This document shows, piece by piece, positions 58,821 to 64,000 of a stretch of DNA of 64,000 bases. Position 1 is the first letter of the stretch; the number at the start of each line of letters is the position of its first letter. Under the pieces are notes generated by a model. That model was not told where the DNA came from, did no database searches, and saw only the letters and a program-made list of their open reading frames with translations. Source of the DNA: Blastocatellia bacterium. Its GTDB lineage: Bacteria > Acidobacteriota > Blastocatellia > RBC074. The stretch lies in contig DASTMP010000285.1 of NCBI GenBank assembly GCA_035714085.1, positions 3,659 through 67,658 of the forward strand, written 5' to 3'. The position numbers were made by a program, and so were the translations under genes.

Positions 58821-61253
58821 TTATTCATGTCGCAGAGCCACCATTGGATCAACTTTCGTCGCGCGCCGCGCGGGCGCGTAACAGGCGCAGAGCGCAATCA
58901 TGATCAATAGTCCGGCGGCCATCCCGAATGTCGCCGGATCAGTAACGCTCACCTCATACAACCACTCGCGCATCAACCTCGTCAGAGCAAATGCGCCGCC
59001 GAGGCCCGCAGCCACGCCGAGCGCCGCCAGGATCATTCCTTGTCTGACGACCATCCGCAGCACGTCGCTGTCTTGCGCTCCCAATGCGCGGCGAACGCCG
59101 ATCTCATGCGTGCGCTGGCTGACCGTGTGCGAGAGCGTTCCGTAAATACCCGCGGCCGCCAGCAACAATGCCAGCGCCGAAAGGCTGCCGAACAGAGATA
59201 GATAGAAGCGCGGCCTGACCGTGTAATTGCTCCAAACCTCATCCATCGTGGTGAGATGGGAGATCGGCTGATTCTTGTCGAGCGAGGAGACGATGTTGCG
59301 CATCGCTCCGAAATACCCCGCCGGATCGGTCGTTGTTCTCACCGCTAGATTCATCGAGGGGGCCGGAAACTGCTCCATCGAGATGTAGAGGCCGGGTCCG
59401 GCTCGCTTATCGAGTTGCACGCGCGAATCTGCAACGACGCCGACTACCGTAGCCGCCTTCTCGTCCTTCGTTCCACGATCGACGATGAGCGTTTTCCCGA
59501 CGGCTTCCTGTCCAGGAAAATAGCCGCGCGCCAGACTCTCATTGACGATAACCACGGGCGGCGATCCCGCATTGTCTCCGTCGGTGAAATAGCGCCCCTG
59601 CCTGAGTCCGACGCCCAGCAAACGGAAATAATCGTGGCTGACTGTGTTGTAACCGACAGGGATCGCCTGGTCAGGATTGGCGGCTGCGCCGGCGGGAAAA
59701 CCCACATTCATGAGGAACATTGAGTAGTTCAACGGCAAGGGTTGGACCAGCGCTACCCCCTGCGCTCCGGGAAGATTGCGCGCTCGCTCGGCGAGCGAAT
59801 TCCAGAAGATGTTCCATTGTTGCGGGACTTCGCCTTTAGCGCGCGGAAGGCCGATTGACATGGAAAGCAGGTTCCGCGTGTCCAGCCCCGGGTCGGTTCG
59901 GTAGAGCCGAATTAGGCTGTTGGTCAATAAACCTGCGCCAACCAGCAAGACCGTGGTCAGAGCCACCTGCCAGACGACCAATGAACCGCGCCACAAGCGA
60001 CTGCGGCGGCTGGCGGACGCGCTACGCGACGCGTCCTTAAGCGCCTCCGACAGGTTGACTTTGGTCGTTTGCAAAGCCGGCGCCAATCCGCACAGCAGGC
60101 TCGACAGCATCGCGACCGCCAGCGTAAAGAGGATCGCGCGATGATCGAGCGCGATTTCGTTTGTTCTGGGAACGTCGCGCGGGATCAGGGGAACGACGCC
60201 GGCCAGCATCCACATGGCCAGCAGTAAGCCGAACGCGCCGCCCAGCAGCGCCAATAACCCGCTCTCGGTCAGCAACTGGCGCACGATGCGCCATCGCCCG
60301 GCGCCGATGGCGGCGCGAACGGCGATCTCTCTGGAGCGGTCGACGCCGCGGGCCAGAAGCAGGCTGGCGACGTTGGCGCAGGCGATCAGGAGCACGAGGC
60401 CAACGGCAGCCAGCAGCGTCAAGAGCGTTTGCCGCGATCCTCCCGTGACTTCTTCGTGTAAAGGATAGACCGCCGCGCCGATGCCCTTGTTTGAGGCCGG
60501 ATAGGCTTGCGCCATACGTTCGGAGATCGTCGCCATCTCGGCGCGCGCCTGCTCTATCCGAACGCCGGTTTTGAGCCTCGCCAACGCCACATACCCGCCG
60601 GGGCCGCGCCGCGACATCTCCTTGACTGTCAGCGTCGCCGGCGTCCAGATCTGCGCGCGTCCGGGAATGCCCGAGAACGTCTCGCGGAAATCCTCCCGCA
60701 ACACGCCCACAATGACATGCGGCTTGTCGTTGAGCGTGATCTTTTGCCCGATCACGTTCGGCGCCGAACCGAAACGCGTGGTCCAGTATTGATGGCTCAA
60801 GACCGCCACCGGCTCGGCGTCCGGCTTTTCATCCTCAGGCAGGAACACGCGACCCATTGCGGCCTGCGAGCCCAAAAACGAGAAGAAGTTGGCCGAGACC
60901 CAATTGCCTTCAATTTCTTCCGGGGCAGACACGCCGGTGACACGATGGAGGGTGTTTAGCATCACGGCCATTTCGTCGAAACTGCCGCTCTGATTTTTCC
61001 ATTCGTAAAAATCACCGAGCGTGATCCTCCCACGATCCATTCTGCGTTTCGGGTCGACTTCGAACACTTTGACCAGACGCTCCGCGTCCCGATAAGGGAG
61101 CGGGCGTAAGAGCACAGCGTCAACGACGCTGAAAAGCGCCGTGACGGCGCCGATGCCCAGGCTGAGAGTCAAAATCGCTACGATTGTGAACCTCGGGGAT
61201 CTCAACAACATTCGCGCGCCATAACGCAAATCTTGAAACATCTCGTCCTCCAA
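58821..61253 (-). CDS. ADOP-type ABC transporter permease (MacB/FtsX-like), full length
   Basis: 810 aa. N-terminus [38 protein letters not shown], two FtsX bundles, C-terminus ...[15 protein letters not shown]. Confidence 0.85.
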   Translation of the reverse strand: MEDEMFQDLRYGARMLLRSPRFTIVAILTLSLGIGAVTALFSVVDAVLLRPLPYRDAERLVKVFEVDPKRRMDRGRITLGDFYEWKNQSGSFDEMAVMLNTLHRVTGVSAPEEIEGNWVSANFFSFLGSQAAMGRVFLPEDEKPDAEPVAVLSHQYWTTRFGSAPNVIGQKITLNDKPHVIVGVLREDFRETFSGIPGRAQIWTPATLTVKEMSRRGPGGYVALARLKTGVRIEQARAEMATISERMAQAYPASNKGIGAAVYPLHEEVTGGSRQTLLTLLAAVGLVLLIACANVASLLLARGVDRSREIAVRAAIGAGRWRIVRQLLTESGLLALLGGAFGLLLAMWMLAGVVPLIPRDVPRTNEIALDHRAILFTLAVAMLSSLLCGLAPALQTTKVNLSEALKDASRSASASRRSRLWRGSLVVWQVALTTVLLVGAGLLTNSLIRLYRTDPGLDTRNLLSMSIGLPRAKGEVPQQWNIFWNSLAERARNLPGAQGVALVQPLPLNYSMFLMNVGFPAGAAANPDQAIPVGYNTVSHDYFRLLGVGLRQGRYFTDGDNAGSPPVVIVNESLARGYFPGQEAVGKTLIVDRGTKDEKAATVVGVVADSRVQLDKRAGPGLYISMEQFPAPSMNLAVRTTTDPAGYFGAMRNIVSSLDKNQPISHLTTMDEVWSNYTVRPRFYLSLFGSLSALALLLAAAGIYGTLSHTVSQRTHEIGVRRALGAQDSDVLRMVVRQGMILAALGVAAGLGGAFALTRLMREWLYEVSVTDPATFGMAAGLLIMIALCACYAPARRATKVDPMVALRHE

Positions 61254-61284
61254 ATATTTTCGTCAGATTTGTCGGCAATTTCTA

Positions 61285-61370
61285 TCGGGCTAAAATCAGC
61301 CGTCGCTCAAGCGGCGAAAAATGGTGTTTCTCCAGAAAGCAAAAGCGCCCTAACTTCATTTCCGGAAACA
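61285..61370. repeat. Partial copy of the 47255..47340 repeat
   Basis: cgggctaaaatcagccgtcgctcaagcggcgaaaaatggtgtttctccagaaagcaaaagcgccctaacttcat against ctgggctaaagtcagccgccgctcacgcggcgaagaatggcgcttctccaaaaagcataagtgtcctgacttcat. Confidence 0.5.
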
Positions 61371-61374
61371 GGCT

Positions 61375-61746
61375 TCACCTGTAAGGCAATAGCTCGCGCA
61401 GCGGCAGCGCCCAGTCGCCGCCGAGAACCACCAAAGCCTCTCTGTTGGCCGGATCGAGTTGCCACATCATTTCACGACAGCGGCCACAGGGCGGCAGCAC
61501 CTCACCGCGGTCATTGACCGCCACGACCATTGAGATTTTGGATTCGCGGCGCTTCAACATCTCGGCGACGGCGGCGTGTTCGGCGCAGAACCCTATTCCA
61601 CACTCGAAATCCACGCACACGCCGGTATAGGTGTTGCCTAAACCGGAGATGATGACGGACGCGACGCTGGCCGCCGAGCACTCTTCGCTGGGCGCGATCG
61701 GGCGAGCCAGTTTGGTCGCCTCGGAAATGATGTCTGCAAATCTCAT
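61375..61746 (-). CDS. cdd: Cytidine deaminase (small homotetrameric Cdd type)
   Basis: 123 aa. Zinc-binding motifs C-A-E (FCAEHAAVAEM) and P-C-G-x-C-R (PPCGRCREMM). Confidence 0.7.
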   Translation of the reverse strand: MRFADIISEATKLARPIAPSEECSAASVASVIISGLGNTYTGVCVDFECGIGFCAEHAAVAEMLKRRESKISMVVAVNDRGEVLPPCGRCREMMWQLDPANREALVVLGGDWALPLRELLPYR

Positions 61747-61788
61747 TTAACCTCTTGGACATTTTGCCGCGTTAGCGGCGCATTGAAT

Positions 61789-62940
61789 TTATACCTGGGT
61801 ACGGAAAGCAGGATAGTACGGCATCGCATCGGCCTCTGTTGGCCATTGAGCGCGAAGCTTATTCGCAATAATCTGCATTGTCGCCCCGGTTGACTTAAGG
61901 TGGCCGTAATTTTCGGTCATCTTCCAGAAAATATCGAACCGAAGCAACGCCCGCTGCCGCGTAGTTGAGATCCCCCAGCGGTGGTCTTCAAGGAGCGTCA
62001 GGGCGTTATGACTGTTGATGACGCAAGCTGCGCAGGCTTCGACTATCGCTCGATAAAATCGCTCATCATCCACTGCCTCGGGGCAGCCTTTGATCAATTC
62101 CGCCCGGTAAGCGGCCTCCATTTTGGGTGGAACATGCTCGGGCAGCCGGTTGACGCACCAGCACGTGGGGAAATGGATGCGCCCGTAAATGCCATCCCCA
62201 AGCGCATGCCCGTAACCGCCAAACTCAAAATCAATCAGCTTCAATCCGTCGTCAGTGATCAAACAATTATCGGGACACGGATCGTGATGAAGATATGCAA
62301 GGAATGGGCCTGGTTCGGCCAGATGTCCGGCAACGCCTCTCAGTTCCTCATCAATTCCCAAAACCGGCTCAACTCCGGCAACCTGCGCCATGTTGCGGAG
62401 CAATGTGGCGAGCCGTTTGCCTCCGTCGTCAGGCGCATTGCTTCTGCGCGGCCCCAGGCCGCCGCGAATCCGTTCGAACTCGGCCTGTTTGCCTATTGTG
62501 AGCGCGTGAATTCGGCCCAACGTCGCCGCGAACGCGACCAGCATGGCCTCGGCATAAGCCGGATCGGCGCCGAGTAAAGCATGGTCGAGACCTTTGCTCG
62601 CGCCCAGGTCTTCGAGCGCGATTAACCCATGGTCGCGATCCCCGGCGTAAAATCGCGGAGTGGGCGATGCGCCGTCGGAAGTCTCGGTCAGGAACCGCAA
62701 CCCGGCCCACTCGTTGAACAGCCTCCAGGCGGGACCGTCCGGCAGGTCGGGGTTGTAGACCTCGCGTCCGACCGCGACAGCCTGTTTGACGATGACGCTT
62801 TTCGGCGCGCATTGCGGGCCTTCGAGAACGTGATAACGGCTGACCTTCGAGCGGCCGCCGCTGCGTATCTCCTCGGCGGCGTCAAGGCGTACTTCACCTT
62901 CAAACCGTTCAGATAACAATTTCTCGACAACAGTAATCAT
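61789..62940 (-). CDS. APH/choline-kinase-family phosphotransferase (kinase-like fold)
   Basis: Catalytic loop HHDPCPDN (the Brenner H-x-D-x-x-x-x-N motif) and an IDFEFGGYG (DFG-equivalent) segment. 383 aa. Confidence 0.6.
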   Translation of the reverse strand: MITVVEKLLSERFEGEVRLDAAEEIRSGGRSKVSRYHVLEGPQCAPKSVIVKQAVAVGREVYNPDLPDGPAWRLFNEWAGLRFLTETSDGASPTPRFYAGDRDHGLIALEDLGASKGLDHALLGADPAYAEAMLVAFAATLGRIHALTIGKQAEFERIRGGLGPRRSNAPDDGGKRLATLLRNMAQVAGVEPVLGIDEELRGVAGHLAEPGPFLAYLHHDPCPDNCLITDDGLKLIDFEFGGYGHALGDGIYGRIHFPTCWCVNRLPEHVPPKMEAAYRAELIKGCPEAVDDERFYRAIVEACAACVINSHNALTLLEDHRWGISTTRQRALLRFDIFWKMTENYGHLKSTGATMQIIANKLRAQWPTEADAMPYYPAFRTQV

Positions 62941-63923
62941 CTCACTGGTTCCCGGTTAAGGTTCAAGACACTGATGTCCGCCTGGTAGATGTCCCCGAAA
63001 CCGTTGCGTGGGCCGCGAATCCGCTTCGCGAATTGAGCATAGGTCAGCCGAGCTTGCAAGGGTTGATCAGCGAAGCCTCGTTCACTGGTGAAGAAAAAAT
63101 ACTTCCCATCCGGAGAGACGATGGGACAGAAATCGAGGGCGCTGGAATTGATCTTCGGCCCGAGATTGACAGCTTTCGTCCACGCTCCGTCACGCCGGAA
63201 GCTGATATAAAGATCGCCGTCACCGTAGCCTTCGGGGCGGCCATAAGAAACAAAGACGAGGTAACTTTCATCCGGCGCGATGTAGGGATCGCCTTCTGGG
63301 TATTGTGAATTGATCGCATCGCCCAGGTTTTCCGGCTCCGCGTATTTCCCATCGACCAATCGCGAGCGGTAGATGTCGCCCCGCCCTTTTCCCCCTTCGC
63401 GACTGGAACTGAAATATAGCGTCCCATTGGAGGCGACCGAAGGGTAATACTCTTGCGCTTTGGTGTTGACTGGCTCAGCCAAAGGCTGCGGGGCGCCCCA
63501 ACCAGTTCCCTTCTTCTCCACAACCCAGATGTCGAAATCCGTCTTGGGCTGCCCGGTCGTCGGACGGCTTGAGCAAAAGTAGAGTTTGGATCCATCCGGG
63601 GAGATGAAGGGATCGAAATCGTTGTACTGCCCGGAGAATTCGGCCATCTCCGGCTCGCTCCACCTGCCTCGCTGAAAATGAGAGACGACGATGGCCCAGA
63701 ACTGAAACTTCGGAGTCCGCTTCGTGAAATAGAGCGTATGGCTGTCCGGCGTGAAGGCGGCGTTCAAATCCATATCACCAGTCGATATGGTTCCTTCGCC
63801 GAAGACGATCGGCTCCGGCAAGGGGCGAGTAGAGCCGTAGGGCGATGACGCGCGCTGTTGAAGGCCAAACGCGGGGATCAAAAACAACAGGCTCAAGCCC
63901 ATGATCTTCTGATGAGTATTCAT
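62937..63923 (-). CDS. Secreted TolB-like PD40/WD40-like beta-propeller repeat protein
   Basis: Signal peptide. Repeated PD40-type units (FTPDSHTLYF, ISPDGSKLYFCSSR, VASNGTLYFSSSR, IAPDESYLVFVS, VSPDGKYFFFTSER). The stop overlaps the upstream gene by 4 nt. Confidence 0.65.
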   Translation of the reverse strand: MNTHQKIMGLSLLFLIPAFGLQQRASSPYGSTRPLPEPIVFGEGTISTGDMDLNAAFTPDSHTLYFTKRTPKFQFWAIVVSHFQRGRWSEPEMAEFSGQYNDFDPFISPDGSKLYFCSSRPTTGQPKTDFDIWVVEKKGTGWGAPQPLAEPVNTKAQEYYPSVASNGTLYFSSSREGGKGRGDIYRSRLVDGKYAEPENLGDAINSQYPEGDPYIAPDESYLVFVSYGRPEGYGDGDLYISFRRDGAWTKAVNLGPKINSSALDFCPIVSPDGKYFFFTSERGFADQPLQARLTYAQFAKRIRGPRNGFGDIYQADISVLNLNREPVR

Positions 63924-64000
63924 CGTGCTCAGGTCCTCCGTTACTGTAATGGCATTAATGTATCGGTCATTGGCAATTGAAGATTGTCTGTTTGCGACCA

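Overview
The window is high-GC (about 62%) and looks like Acidobacteria chromosome. Evidence for that: three full-length 'acidobacterial duplicated orphan permeases' (ADOP, MacB/FtsX-like, ending ...[10 protein letters not shown](H/C)E) plus one C-terminal fragment, two ECF-sigma/Ser-Thr-kinase gene pairs, and many secreted TPR, BNR and beta-propeller proteins. Genes recognised: a BlaI/BlaR1-like pair, two paralogous TPR lipoproteins, a PQQ-dependent sugar dehydrogenase, a tnpB-only IS200/IS605-family element, a STAND-NTPase-TPR gene interrupted by one in-frame TAG, a 4x EF-hand protein, a transaldolase/FSA, a lipase-like hydrolase, an HD phosphohydrolase, tRNA-Leu(CAG), an MFS-methyltransferase-LarA-like-aminotransferase operon, a membrane-fused spermidine-synthase-like protein, a prolyl oligopeptidase, a cytidine deaminase, an APH-like phosphotransferase and a PD40 propeller protein. 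The main finding is a lower-GC (about 50%) two-gene operon next to tRNA-Leu. It encodes a family-1 encapsulin shell protein (294 aa, strong C-terminal identity to the T. maritima and M. xanthus shells) followed by an uncharacterised cytoplasmic protein of about 2,025 aa. I do not know this pairing from described encapsulin systems. Secondary observations: several families of palindromic REP/MITE-like repeats, one of them inserted in-frame in a kinase activation loop, and an in-frame 3x33-bp triplication of the start region of a BNR-repeat gene.
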